Assembly: GCA_024275955.1 (NCBI GenBank)
Contig: JAJRYD010000007.1
Span: 187 to 64,186, forward strand
Length of the DNA stretch: 64,000 nucleotides
Reading direction: 5' to 3'
Origin: Nitrospirota bacterium
GTDB lineage: Bacteria > Nitrospinota_A > UBA7883 > JACRGQ01
Part shown: positions 8,456 through 18,075 of the stretch, in pieces
Position numbering within the stretch: position 1 is the first letter of the stretch
How the letters are laid out: every line of letters begins with the position of its first letter
Translations under genes and position numbers: made by a program
The notes under the pieces: model-generated
Told to the model about the DNA's origin: nothing
The model's input: the letters and a program-made list of their open reading frames with translations, nothing else
The model's database searches: none

Positions 8456-9817
8456 TTAAGTTACCTTTGCGATAAGGAGAGATACGTCGTCGTTCCACTT
8501 TTCCGACGCGGTATGTTCTTTAAATTTTGCTATAACGTTGTTCCCTATTTCTTCGGCAGATTTTTTTGAAAAATCGGCTGCATTTTTTATAAGACGTTTT
8601 TGCCCAAACTGCTCCCTTTCCTCATTCTCCCCTTCTGTAATTCCGTCAGTGTAAAAAATAATAATGTCGCCGGGGCTAAGTGTTATAGACTTCGATTTGA
8701 AAGTGTTGTCGAAAGGGAATCCCAAAGGAGAATCGGCTGACAGCAGTTCTGTGAAATCAGTTTCGCCGATGCCGGCTTTTAGCAAAATGGGCGGAAAGTG
8801 TCCAGCGTTGCAGAATTTGAACTCTCGGCTTACGGTATCAAACAGCCCGTAAAAAGCGGTAGCATACATTTCGTGAGGGTTTGGGAACCTTTCCTCGATA
8901 AAAGATCTTAATTGCCTATCTATTTTGCCGACTACTGTTTTTAGGTCGCTATTTAGAGTCGCCTCTTTTAAAAAAAGCCCTCTAAGGAAAATAGTTATGT
9001 TGGCCGCTTCTATCCCATGTCCGACTACATCGGCTATTAGAACCGCCACTTTGTTGCCGATGTTCCAAACGTTGATAAGGTCTCCGCTTGGGTGTCCATC
9101 CCACGGAAAACATTTATGAAAAATTTCAAGGTTTGTGTTTTGTAGGTTTTCGCCCATGTCCGGCTCAAGCTTTTTTTGAATGTTTGATAGAAGCTTATAG
9201 TTATCGGCAGTCGCGCCTTGTTTTTTTATCGCGTTTTGCTGGGTGCTGATAAGCGTGTCCAAGTCGTTACAGACTTCTAGGCGGGCTTCAAAAGGATGTA
9301 TAAGGCTTTGGATAAATCCCAGCATCTCCTTGCCGAACATCCCTTTGGTATCACCGGAGAAAAAGATAAAGCCGAGAGTCTTTCCTGCCTTATAAGGAAA
9401 GCGCATGTTGGCGATAATTGTCTCGCGGAGAGATGTTTGCGATGAAACAGAAATACGCCCTTTCCCCAGTTCTCTTTTAAGATGATCTTCCATGTCGTTT
9501 ATATAATCACCCCGCATACTCTCAAGAAGCGGCGCGAGGCTTGTAGCGGTAAGAGGCATTATAAAGAAGCTATCGAGAAACATTTTCTTTCTAAGTGCAA
9601 CTTTTCTAATAATGCGTATTGGGGAGATAATGTTTTTATCGTTAATCGTTGTCACTCCTATACGGAATATTTTTCCAGTTTTTTTGCCTGTTTCGTAGCC
9701 GATTACTTTGATAGCGCTGTTAGCGATATCAATAAAGCTCTCTACAAGGCGTTTCGTATCGGAGATGGTGGAAAATGATTGAATCGCTCTCTCCTGCAAT
9801 ATCTCAAGTTGACCCAT
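8456..9817 (-). CDS. PP2C/SpoIIE-family protein serine phosphatase
   Basis: SGD, IADVVGHG, YATAFY, NAGH.PP, FYTDGITE, DDVSLL motifs. Confidence 0.92.
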   Translation of the reverse strand: MGQLEILQERAIQSFSTISDTKRLVESFIDIANSAIKVIGYETGKKTGKIFRIGVTTINDKNIISPIRIIRKVALRKKMFLDSFFIMPLTATSLAPLLESMRGDYINDMEDHLKRELGKGRISVSSQTSLRETIIANMRFPYKAGKTLGFIFFSGDTKGMFGKEMLGFIQSLIHPFEARLEVCNDLDTLISTQQNAIKKQGATADNYKLLSNIQKKLEPDMGENLQNTNLEIFHKCFPWDGHPSGDLINVWNIGNKVAVLIADVVGHGIEAANITIFLRGLFLKEATLNSDLKTVVGKIDRQLRSFIEERFPNPHEMYATAFYGLFDTVSREFKFCNAGHFPPILLKAGIGETDFTELLSADSPLGFPFDNTFKSKSITLSPGDIIIFYTDGITEGENEEREQFGQKRLIKNAADFSKKSAEEIGNNVIAKFKEHTASEKWNDDVSLLIAKVT

Positions 9818-9985
9818 CGGAGGATTTTAGCACGATTAAATAGGTTGAGAGTAGCGAAGTGACGCGCCGTTTATCTAAAGAATTACGCAACCGCCCAAAA
9901 GCTGAACAGCACTGAGGGCTGGCATCTTTTTGGAACAGACGCGTGAGAACGAACCACCTTTGAAGGTTTTTAATAGCATCGGTTT

Positions 9986-10004
9986 TGGCAGAGAGGGAGG
10001 GATT
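9986..10004 (-). repeat. duplicated 3' end of tRNA-Ser (att-like site)
   Basis: tggcagagagggagggatt matches 10250-10268 at 18 of 19 nt. Confidence 0.7.
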
Positions 10005-10132
10005 AGCTAAAGCCGTTTATTGAAAGAAACTCAAAGGAAGGCCCGCACCTGTCTCGCCTTCTTTCGAGTCTCAATTAAGGGCGGGGAAAACTCCGCTGAC
10101 GCTTCGTTTTAGCTAAAGCCATTTATTGAAAG
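10003..10132. repeat. structured repeat family 2, copy 1
   Basis: 24-nt direct repeats ttagctaaagcc(g/a)tttattgaaag at 10003 and 10109 around a gaaggc/gccttc hairpin; homologous to 39741-39862. Confidence 0.75.
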
Positions 10133-10247
10133 TTCTATAGGAAGACTCGCAGAAATATTTGCCTTCAGCAAATATTTTCGAACCCGAGAGAGTCCTCACC
10201 GACCGGCTCACGATTTTTCCGCCAGCGGCCAAAGCCATTTCCGTAAA

Positions 10248-10338
<91 letters not shown>

Positions 10339-10508
10339 AACCGTTATTTGGTTCTCAAACGAAGGTGAGATTCTAACACAAAATGGAACTATTCTCGAAA
10401 AGAGCCTTGAAAAGTCTGAATAGGCGATCGAAAGCGATTTATTCGTCCGGCTAGGGTTATCTTCTAGCCTACATCGAGGGAAGAGCCGGCTTATGGCGGT
10501 TAGCGCTT

Positions 10509-11390
10509 CTATAGTCCTTTTAGGTTGATTTTCTTTCTGCCGAGATATTTACAAAAGCCACCCACCTCTACCCGCTGCACAGCTCTATGCTTTCTATATA
10601 GCCTAACTTTCAAAAGTGATGCTCCCCCAGGCTTTACTCCCTGCAAAACTTCCAGCTTTGTGAGGCCTGTAGGCGGTAGAGGCATCATGCCGTAACGGGC
10701 GATATATGCCGCGAGCGGGCCGGCCCCGCTGCCGGTTGCCGGATCTTCCGTTATGCCGACCGCAGGCGCGAACATTCTGCACCTAACAGCTCCCCTACTA
10801 ATGGTAAACGGCATCACAGCGGCAATTTTAAGATTCGCGGTGACGGAGGCATAAGCTTTTTTTCGTATTGCCGATTTTTTAAGAGCTGGAAGCGACGCAA
10901 GCGGAACGATTAAAAGCGGCAGTCCTGTCGACACTACCGTTGGTGCTCCGGCGATATCGCTTTCTTTTAGTCCAAGCAGTTTGGCCGTTTCGGCCGCTTC
11001 TGTCTTCTTTCCAAAAGTGGGCCTGCCTTGATCCATAAGTATGGAAGAATCTGGCTGTAGGGAAAGCGGAATAAATCTTCTACCTATCTGCTGTATGAAA
11101 CGTTTTTTCTTTTTTTCAAGCCTGTTCGACTTCAAAAGGGTGTAGAGCGTTCCTATAGACGGATGGCCTGCGAACTGTAGCTCCTTTTCCGGCGTAAAGA
11201 AGCGTACCCTGTAGTCGGCTTGCGAAGATGGGGCAAAGACGAAAGATGTTTCGGAATAGCCGAGCTTTTTGGCGATAGCCTGCATCTGTTTGACCGTTAG
11301 TGAAGAAGAATCTTGAAACACGGCAAGGTGGTTGCCGTTTTTTTTGCCGCGGGTGAAAACACGGAGTATGTCGTAAGATAAGAAGGGCAT
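10509..11390 (-). CDS. PhzF-family epimerase/isomerase
   Basis: VFT....GN.LAV, ELQFAGHP, EDPATGSGAGPLAAY motifs. Confidence 0.93.
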   Translation of the reverse strand: MPFLSYDILRVFTRGKKNGNHLAVFQDSSSLTVKQMQAIAKKLGYSETSFVFAPSSQADYRVRFFTPEKELQFAGHPSIGTLYTLLKSNRLEKKKKRFIQQIGRRFIPLSLQPDSSILMDQGRPTFGKKTEAAETAKLLGLKESDIAGAPTVVSTGLPLLIVPLASLPALKKSAIRKKAYASVTANLKIAAVMPFTISRGAVRCRMFAPAVGITEDPATGSGAGPLAAYIARYGMMPLPPTGLTKLEVLQGVKPGGASLLKVRLYRKHRAVQRVEVGGFCKYLGRKKINLKGL

Positions 11391-11493
11391 CCCCCCATTC
11401 TATTCGATTATTCTCTTAACGGTTAAGAAAACCTTTTCTTACTGTCAAATAGAAATTAGGTATGCTGTGAGGGGGAGCGTGCTACATTTATTA

Positions 11494-11623
11494 GGGGGCT
11501 GTTTCCAAAAGAGTTTTTTTGAGCATTTTAAGGGGGATTTCATTTCCAAACTTCTTTAAGATAGAGTCTTTAGAGATTGGTAATTTATAGAAAAATCAAA
11601 TTTATCTCATTCGGCAACAGCCC
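11494..11623 (-). mobile_element. MITE family 1, subtype B
   Basis: gggggctgtttccaaaa...ttcggcaacagccc TIRs; lies 1 nt beyond the porin stop codon. Confidence 0.8.
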
Positions 11624-11624
11624 A

Positions 11625-12797
11625 TTAGAAGTCTAGCTGTAGCCTGGCTCCGGCTATCATAACAGTTCTGTTGCTTGCTCTTTCGAGGTTGCTGTGCATC
11701 TGAAAATCTGGAGTAATCGAAACTCCTTTGGTGAGATGCATGTAATAGTAGAGTTCCATAACGCTCTGCCCAGAATAACTGCTTGGGCTGGAAATACTTT
11801 TGTTGTTTGTCACCATGCCGTAGCCAAAGCCTATATGGTCTTTTCTTCTGCCCCACATTGCGCCGCCTATATGAGCGCCGAAAGCGGAACCATTTTTAAT
11901 CCTGTTTTCTTCAAACTTTGTCGGTTGCGACGCGAAGCGCAAAAAGATGCCTATATCATTCGTTATCATCTGGTCGAGACTGATGCCAAACCCTATGTTT
12001 GCCTCCTTTTCGCCTCCGCTTGTCAGCGTGTAGTTTCTATTATCCCATACGAGGTAGAAGCGGTAGTTGCCTTCGCCCCCCAAAAGGTTCGGCTTTAGGT
12101 TTATTTGGCCTACATGGAAAGAACTATTGCCCACATTCTCATATTGAAACGCTCCGACATAGCTGAGTTCAAGAAAGCTTGCTATAGCGGTGTTTATCTT
12201 GTATCCGGGCGCGTAGTAGTTGTCTAGTTCGTTAAACACGGTGCCTGCCATCGTTACGAATATTCCGGCAAGGAACTGGTCTGTCTCGCTGCCGGCTAGT
12301 CTATTTTGGTCGTACAGAGAATGTATATCCATTTTCCCAAGGCTTACGATAGCCCTATCCCAAAAGAGCAGGCCTTCGTAGTATACTTCCGAAGTTTTCA
12401 AACCTTGCTGGACGGAGCCATCCGCGTTAGAGTAGGCGGCGCGGTATCTGTTGTAATCGGGAGAGATGGTGCTGTAACTCGTCGGCGGTACGGCACTGTT
12501 GTCTCTCAGGTTCTGGGCAATTCCTTCTCCTTCAGCCGCTTCAAAGTGAACTACAATCTTTTGTTTGTCTGATAACCTTGATTCCACCATAAGGTTGAGA
12601 GAGTAGGAAAAGTTGGCCTGATCCAGTGTGCGTGTGGTTTTATCGGCATTGCCGATGGTCGACTGATAAACTGACGTAATACCGCCGCTTAGATCGAGCC
12701 GTTTATACCAGTCGCCTTTACTCTTGGCAAGTGCCGTAGACGGCGAAAGCATGAGCGCTGTAACAAGAAACACCGATACCGTTTTTAACAACCTCAT
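11625..12797 (-). CDS. OprB-like carbohydrate-selective porin
   Basis: signal peptide, GKMD..SLYDQN..AGSETDQFL, ELYYY...ITPDFQ, terminal GARLQLDF. Confidence 0.85.
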   Translation of the reverse strand: MRLLKTVSVFLVTALMLSPSTALAKSKGDWYKRLDLSGGITSVYQSTIGNADKTTRTLDQANFSYSLNLMVESRLSDKQKIVVHFEAAEGEGIAQNLRDNSAVPPTSYSTISPDYNRYRAAYSNADGSVQQGLKTSEVYYEGLLFWDRAIVSLGKMDIHSLYDQNRLAGSETDQFLAGIFVTMAGTVFNELDNYYAPGYKINTAIASFLELSYVGAFQYENVGNSSFHVGQINLKPNLLGGEGNYRFYLVWDNRNYTLTSGGEKEANIGFGISLDQMITNDIGIFLRFASQPTKFEENRIKNGSAFGAHIGGAMWGRRKDHIGFGYGMVTNNKSISSPSSYSGQSVMELYYYMHLTKGVSITPDFQMHSNLERASNRTVMIAGARLQLDF

Positions 12798-12879
12798 AAC
12801 CCTCTCCTAATCTCTGGAAGCTTTGCCACTTAGCTAGTGTCAAATTTCATTCAAATAAAACCGTTCCACCCCTTTATGG

Positions 12880-12894
12880 GCAAAAGCTGTACCA
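12880..12894 (-). promoter_or_regulatory. putative sigma-54 -24/-12 promoter of the porin gene
   Basis: minus strand TGGTAC-AGCTT-TTGC (GG-N10-GC), about 80 nt upstream of the start. Confidence 0.55.
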
Positions 12895-13022
12895 GACAGA
12901 GGGAAACTGCTTGCCACAGTAAGTTTGATTGTGCTAACTAATTGTAAGAAATGTGTTTATAGTTAAATAATAGTGATGCTTCAGGCCGGCGGGGCGGTGG
13001 CTCTATTAGGGTATGGCCAGCT

Positions 13023-13742
13023 TTAGCTGTCAAAAGTCCGGCATTCGGCCAACGCTTCAAAGATCGCCAGCCCGTCAGCATTGCCGAGGATTTTTTCCGC
13101 GTTTCTTTCCGGGTGGGGCATTAGGCCGAAGATATTTCTTTGCCTATTGCAGATTCCGGCGATATTGGAGATAGAGCCGTTCGGGTTTGCCTCTTGGTTC
13201 ACGTTTCCATTTTCATCGCAATACCGCAGAACTATCTGGTTGTTCGCTTTTAATGTTTCGAGCGTTTTTTCGTCGCAGAAATAGTTGCCGTCGTGGTGGG
13301 CTATCGGGATTTTAAGCACGGCCCCTTTTTCGATACCTCTTGTTGCCGGGGTGTCGTTACGCTCTACTTTTACGAAAATATCTTTGCAGATGAATTTGCA
13401 CGAGCTGTTGCTTATAAGCGCGCCGGGTAAAAGCCCGCTTTCCAAGAGAACCTGAAAGCCGTTGCAGATGCCGATTACCACTCCGCCGTTTTGAGCGAAC
13501 TCGATAACAGGCTTCATTATGGGAGAGAACTTAGCTATAGAACCGCACCTCAAATAGTCGCCGTACGAAAACCCTCCGGGAAGAACGAGTACGTCAATCC
13601 CTTTAAGCGATGTCTCTTTGTGCCATATCTCATCTACCTCCGCTTTGAGAACTTTTTCGATAACATAGAGGGTATCTTTTTCGCAGTTGGAACCGGGGAA
13701 GTTTACTACCCCGAACCTTGCCTTGCCTGTAGCTGTAGTCAT
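13023..13742 (-). CDS. purQ: phosphoribosylformylglycinamidine synthase subunit PurQ
   Basis: FPGSNC, PGGFSYGDYLR, GICNGFQ, GLMPHPER. Confidence 0.97.
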   Translation of the reverse strand: MTTATGKARFGVVNFPGSNCEKDTLYVIEKVLKAEVDEIWHKETSLKGIDVLVLPGGFSYGDYLRCGSIAKFSPIMKPVIEFAQNGGVVIGICNGFQVLLESGLLPGALISNSSCKFICKDIFVKVERNDTPATRGIEKGAVLKIPIAHHDGNYFCDEKTLETLKANNQIVLRYCDENGNVNQEANPNGSISNIAGICNRQRNIFGLMPHPERNAEKILGNADGLAIFEALAECRTFDS

Positions 13743-13963
13743 TCGATAAAAGCCTCAAATTGTCAATCGGAAAGGGTGCGCAAGCACAATACGGGAGATG
13801 CTAACTTTTCAACTCCCTCACTATCCTCAAGGAGTGGATCAAGGGGCGGTTTCCATTTGGGCAACCTTTCCGTCCAGCATTCGCAAGCCACCTTCTCTTG
13901 GAAAAAGTGGGTGGAAAATGGGGGAGACCCTACGATGATATTTCTTTCAGAGGTAGCCGCCAT

Positions 13964-14206
13964 CTATTTATTCGGCTCTGCGTTTATCTTAAAATTTTCC
14001 GTAACAGGGTTGCTAAGGAGTTTTAGGCACATATCTTTAACAGCCTCTTTCTGATTGCCGCTACCGTCCATCTCTATCTCTATAGATTTTCCTATACGGA
14101 CACCTTTGACAGAATTAAACCCAAGAGACTGTAGAGCATGTTCTACAGCTTTGCCTTGCGGATCTAGTATTCCTTCTTTTAGAGATACAGTTACGCTTAC
14201 TTTCAT
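13964..14206 (-). CDS. purS: phosphoribosylformylglycinamidine synthase subunit PurS
   Basis: [13 protein letters not shown]...VRIGK.IE...LLSNPVTE. Confidence 0.96.
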   Translation of the reverse strand: MKVSVTVSLKEGILDPQGKAVEHALQSLGFNSVKGVRIGKSIEIEMDGSGNQKEAVKDMCLKLLSNPVTENFKINAEPNK

Positions 14207-14930
14207 TTGCCGGTAACTCGTGTCAGCACTTCGTTGTAGGCGCTTTCTACTCCGCCGAGGTCGAACCGGAACCTATCTTTATCGAGCTTTTTTCCTGTAT
14301 CTACATCCCACAGCCTGCATGAGTCGGGCGATATCTCGTCGGCCAGCAGTATCTCGCCGTTCGATTTTCCGAACTCCAGTTTAAAATCGACAAGATTTAT
14401 ATTTATCTTTTTAAAAAACTCGACCATAAGGCGGTTTATCTTTTTGCCTCTGCGCTTATATGCTCGACATCCTCTTTAGTGCCGAACCCGAACGCGGTTA
14501 TGTAATCGCTGTTTATCATCGGGTCGTCCAGATCGTCGTCTTTGTAGTAGAACTCCAATATAGGGTGCGTCAGCAGTTCACCTTCTTCTTTGCCAAGCTT
14601 TTTAGCAAGCGAGCCGGCTACTATGTTCCGCATAACCACTTCTACCGGCAGGATATCCACCTTCCTTACAAGCTGTTCTCTTTCATTTAAGGTTTTTACC
14701 AGATGGGTCTTTATCCCGTGTTCCTCAAGATAGTGAAATATTTTTGTGGAAAACGCATTATTGATAATTCCTTTGTCGGCTATAGATCCTTTTTTCTTTG
14801 CGTTAAAGGCCGACGCGTCATCCTTGAAATATTGTATTACAAGCTTAGGGTCGCTGGTTGCGAATATCAGTTTCGCCTTTCCTTCGTACAGTTGCTCCCC
14901 TTTTTCAGGGATATTTATATTATCCGCCAT
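14203..14930 (-). pseudogene. purC: SAICAR synthetase split by a single-base frameshift (probably sequence error)
   Basis: LYEGKAK N-terminal part (14436..14930) and LVDFKLEFG...[15 protein letters not shown]-terminal part (14203..14427); one extra A in the A5 run near 14441-14445 restores [13 protein letters not shown]. Confidence 0.88.
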
Positions 14931-14965
14931 TTTTCACTCCACCAGATTTTATTTGAAATAGGTTC

Positions 14966-16258
14966 TCAGCCAAAAACACGTTTAAAGATGTCGTCGACCT
15001 TCCTGAGATAATAGTTCAGGTCGAACAGTTCTTCAATCTTTTCCGGTGCTACTCTTTGAGTAATTTCAGAAGCTTCAAGTACCAAATCTTTAAACGGTTT
15101 TTTATCTTTCCACGCCTTCATCGCCTCTTTTTGCACCATCGCGTATGCCTCTTCGCGCGTAAGCCCCGTGTTTACAAGTTCCAACATAAGCCGTTGGGAG
15201 TAAAAAAGGCCGTAGGAGGCGTTGATATTTTCCATCATCCGTTCAGGATAGACTAAAAGTCCGTCAATGATATTTGTAAGCTTATTTAGCATGTAATGTA
15301 CCAGCGTAGTCGAATCGGGGATAATCACCCGCTCTACCGAGGAGTGGCTTATATCGCGTTCGTGCCAGAGCGCCACATTTTCCAGCGCCGCCTGCGCGTT
15401 ACCGCGGACTACGCGGGCAAGGCCGCATATCTGCTCGCAGTTGACAGGGTTTCTTTTGTGAGGCATAGCAGATGAACCTTTTTGCCCTTTAGAGAAAAAC
15501 TCCTCCGCTTCCAGCACTTCGGTTCTTTGGAGATGCCGTATTTCAAGCGCCACTCTATCCATAGAAGAGGCTATTACGGCAAGCGTACTCATATATTCAG
15601 CATGCCTATCGCGCTGTATTATCTGCGTCGATATCGGCGCTGGTTTTAGGTCCATCTTGTCGCAGACATATTCTTCTATGCTCTGGTCTAGGTGGGCATG
15701 CGTGCCGACCGCGCCGGAGATAAGGCCTACCCCTATAGTTTCGATGGCGTTTATAAGCCTGTCGCGGTTTCGCTCCATCTCTGCGTACCAGAGGGCAACC
15801 TTTAGCCCAAAAGTGGTAGGCTCGGCATGCACGCCGTGCGTCCGGCCGATGCACGGTGTCATCTTATGTTCCTTCGCTTTTTTCTCAAGCGCGTCTATAA
15901 GTTCGTTTAGCTTTTCTAGTATCAGCCATCCGGCCCGCTTGCTAAGGGCGCAAAGGGCGGTATCGCCGACATCGGAAGATGTAAGCCCCATATGGATAAA
16001 GCGCGAATCCGGCCCGACATTTTCCGCTACGCTCGTAAGGAAAGCTATTACATCGTGCTTAACCTCTTTTTCTATCTCGTCTATCCTCTCAACGCTGAAT
16101 GCCGCTTTCTCTTTTATCGTCTTTAACGCTTCTTCCGGTATGTTGCCAAGCTTCGCGTGAGCTTCGCAGGCGAAAATCTCTACTTCAAGCCATGTTTCAA
16201 ACTTGTTTTGCGGCGACCATAGCTCGACCATATCCTCCAAGCTGTATCTCTTTATCAT
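14966..16258 (-). CDS. purB: adenylosuccinate lyase
   Basis: MIKRY, HDVIAFL, GRTHGVHAEPTTFG, GSSAMPHKRNP, ERDISHSSVER. Confidence 0.98.
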   Translation of the reverse strand: MIKRYSLEDMVELWSPQNKFETWLEVEIFACEAHAKLGNIPEEALKTIKEKAAFSVERIDEIEKEVKHDVIAFLTSVAENVGPDSRFIHMGLTSSDVGDTALCALSKRAGWLILEKLNELIDALEKKAKEHKMTPCIGRTHGVHAEPTTFGLKVALWYAEMERNRDRLINAIETIGVGLISGAVGTHAHLDQSIEEYVCDKMDLKPAPISTQIIQRDRHAEYMSTLAVIASSMDRVALEIRHLQRTEVLEAEEFFSKGQKGSSAMPHKRNPVNCEQICGLARVVRGNAQAALENVALWHERDISHSSVERVIIPDSTTLVHYMLNKLTNIIDGLLVYPERMMENINASYGLFYSQRLMLELVNTGLTREEAYAMVQKEAMKAWKDKKPFKDLVLEASEITQRVAPEKIEELFDLNYYLRKVDDIFKRVFG

Positions 16259-16261
16259 CGG

Positions 16262-17026
16262 TTAAACCTCAAAAACTTTCCCCGGTCCGTTTTGCGTTGC
16301 GATTTCGTATTCCACATCACTCTCTCCAAATATCCTCTCGGCCTCCTGCCTTACAAGGTTTGGATTATTATTGATTTCGCTCAGATGCGCAAATATTACG
16401 GTGGCAAGCAGGTTGCCGCCGGCATAGCCGATAAGCTCGGCACACTCGTCGTTAGAAAGATGCCCGCCTTTACCAGATATCCTTTCCTTTAAATGCCACG
16501 GGTACGGCCCGATATCAAGAAGCTCGCTACTGTGGTTCGATTCGATAACCGCGAGGTGAGCTGTCCGTATTTTTTCTACGATTATGCCGGTAACGAACCC
16601 TGCATCGGTAATGCTTACCGCTTTTCTACCGCCGGATTCTAAAAGAAAACCTATAGGCTCCACTCCGTCATGCGGGATATTAAAAGGGTTTACCGTAATA
16701 TCGCCTACAGCAAAATCTTCTTCGGAAGTTATAAGGTTTACCTCCACGCTTTCTTTTAGCTGTCCGTTAAGAGAGCTTCTGGTGCCTTTTGTCATGTAGA
16801 CAGAGAGGGCGTAACGGCGCGCGAGAACATCTACCCCTTTCATATGGTCGCTATGTTCGTGGGTTACGAGTATCGCACTTAGGCGCGCAGGATCGAAGCT
16901 TATTGTTTCAAGCCGTTTTTCCGTCTCTTTCGCACTAAAGCCTGCGTCTATTAAGAGAGCTGTCGAGCCGGTATAGGCAAGCGTAGAGTTGCCTTTGCTT
17001 CCACTGCCAAGTACGCAAAGCTTCAT
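16262..17026 (-). CDS. MBL-fold metallo-hydrolase (YycJ/WalJ-like)
   Basis: LGSGSKGN, THEHSDH, ESNH, GHLSN, AHLSE.NN. Confidence 0.92.
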   Translation of the reverse strand: MKLCVLGSGSKGNSTLAYTGSTALLIDAGFSAKETEKRLETISFDPARLSAILVTHEHSDHMKGVDVLARRYALSVYMTKGTRSSLNGQLKESVEVNLITSEEDFAVGDITVNPFNIPHDGVEPIGFLLESGGRKAVSITDAGFVTGIIVEKIRTAHLAVIESNHSSELLDIGPYPWHLKERISGKGGHLSNDECAELIGYAGGNLLATVIFAHLSEINNNPNLVRQEAERIFGESDVEYEIATQNGPGKVFEV

Positions 17027-17958
17027 TTGCGGTTTTCCATTATATGGTAGAGAAGCGGTAGCATTATTTCGTGATGGCCCACAAGGTGATACCCTTTACC
17101 GCCGTTTTGAACGGGGCGGTGGACAACATTTACCGATGGGCGGTAATGTATAGTCATATCCATATTTACGGAGATAAAGTTTTCCACCACGTCGCCGAGG
17201 TTGCGCGCCGCTGATAAAGCTTTGATGAAAACTTCCGGCAGTATGACAGCCGAGCCTACGTTGAAATAAAGCCCTCCGTTTGAAAGGCTTTTTAGCAGTG
17301 CCGTAAAGATTTTAAAATCGTCAAAACTTTTCTCGCCTATAAGAGCGCCGTCGGCCTTTGGGTGTATATGCGTTATCTCGCACCCTATAGCGGCGTGAAC
17401 CGTCGCCGGTATATTAAGCCTAGCGGCTGTAGCTAGGATGCTGTTGTCGGCATACTTCATGCTGTTATCTAGTATCCATTGGCCCAAAGCCTGCCCAAAG
17501 CCGTAATCTGGGTATTTTGCCAGCGCGTCCATAGTGTGCGAGGCGGTCTCCTCTACCATGCCGAACCGGCCTGTTTTTATCTCTTCTTCCACATCTTCCG
17601 ATGTCTCGCCTATAAGCGCTATCTCTAGGTCGTGAACCGCTCCGGCGCCGTTCATCGCTATGCCGGTTATAAGCCCACGCTCCATCCAGTCTATAATTAT
17701 CGGCGAACAGCCTACCTTTATTACATGCGCCCCTACGGCAAATATAACCCCTTTTTGGTTATCTTTAGCCTCGTGGAACTTGACTGCTATCTCTTTGATA
17801 TCGTTGGCCTTTAGTTGAGAAGGGAGGAGGTCTAAAAAATCGCCATGCTCCCTGTATTTCTCCAGCAGGCAGAACTCGTCTACAGACACCTTGTTGTTTC
17901 TATCCTTAATAGGATAGTTTTTGAGCCGTTTAAAATCGGCCCTCTCGAAACCTGCCAT
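17023..17958 (-). CDS. conserved hypothetical protein, deoxyhypusine-synthase-like fold
   Basis: GAHVIKVG, NGAGAVHD.E, GSAVILPEVFIKAL, GHHEIMLPLL. Confidence 0.65.
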   Translation of the reverse strand: MAGFERADFKRLKNYPIKDRNNKVSVDEFCLLEKYREHGDFLDLLPSQLKANDIKEIAVKFHEAKDNQKGVIFAVGAHVIKVGCSPIIIDWMERGLITGIAMNGAGAVHDLEIALIGETSEDVEEEIKTGRFGMVEETASHTMDALAKYPDYGFGQALGQWILDNSMKYADNSILATAARLNIPATVHAAIGCEITHIHPKADGALIGEKSFDDFKIFTALLKSLSNGGLYFNVGSAVILPEVFIKALSAARNLGDVVENFISVNMDMTIHYRPSVNVVHRPVQNGGKGYHLVGHHEIMLPLLYHIMENRK

Positions 17959-18075
17959 CGCCCTTAACTATGCCCCCACAAACCGCGCTAATAATTGGAA
18001 GCTATTCTAACGCAATAGCACCTAGCAGGGGGAGGTAATTGTGAATCATAAAAAGGAAGGAATAAAACTTAGAAG

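Noticed and set aside
13763-13963. 66-aa ORF between purS and purQ as a gene
   Set aside because: Atypical composition, no family motif, contains REP-like sequence.
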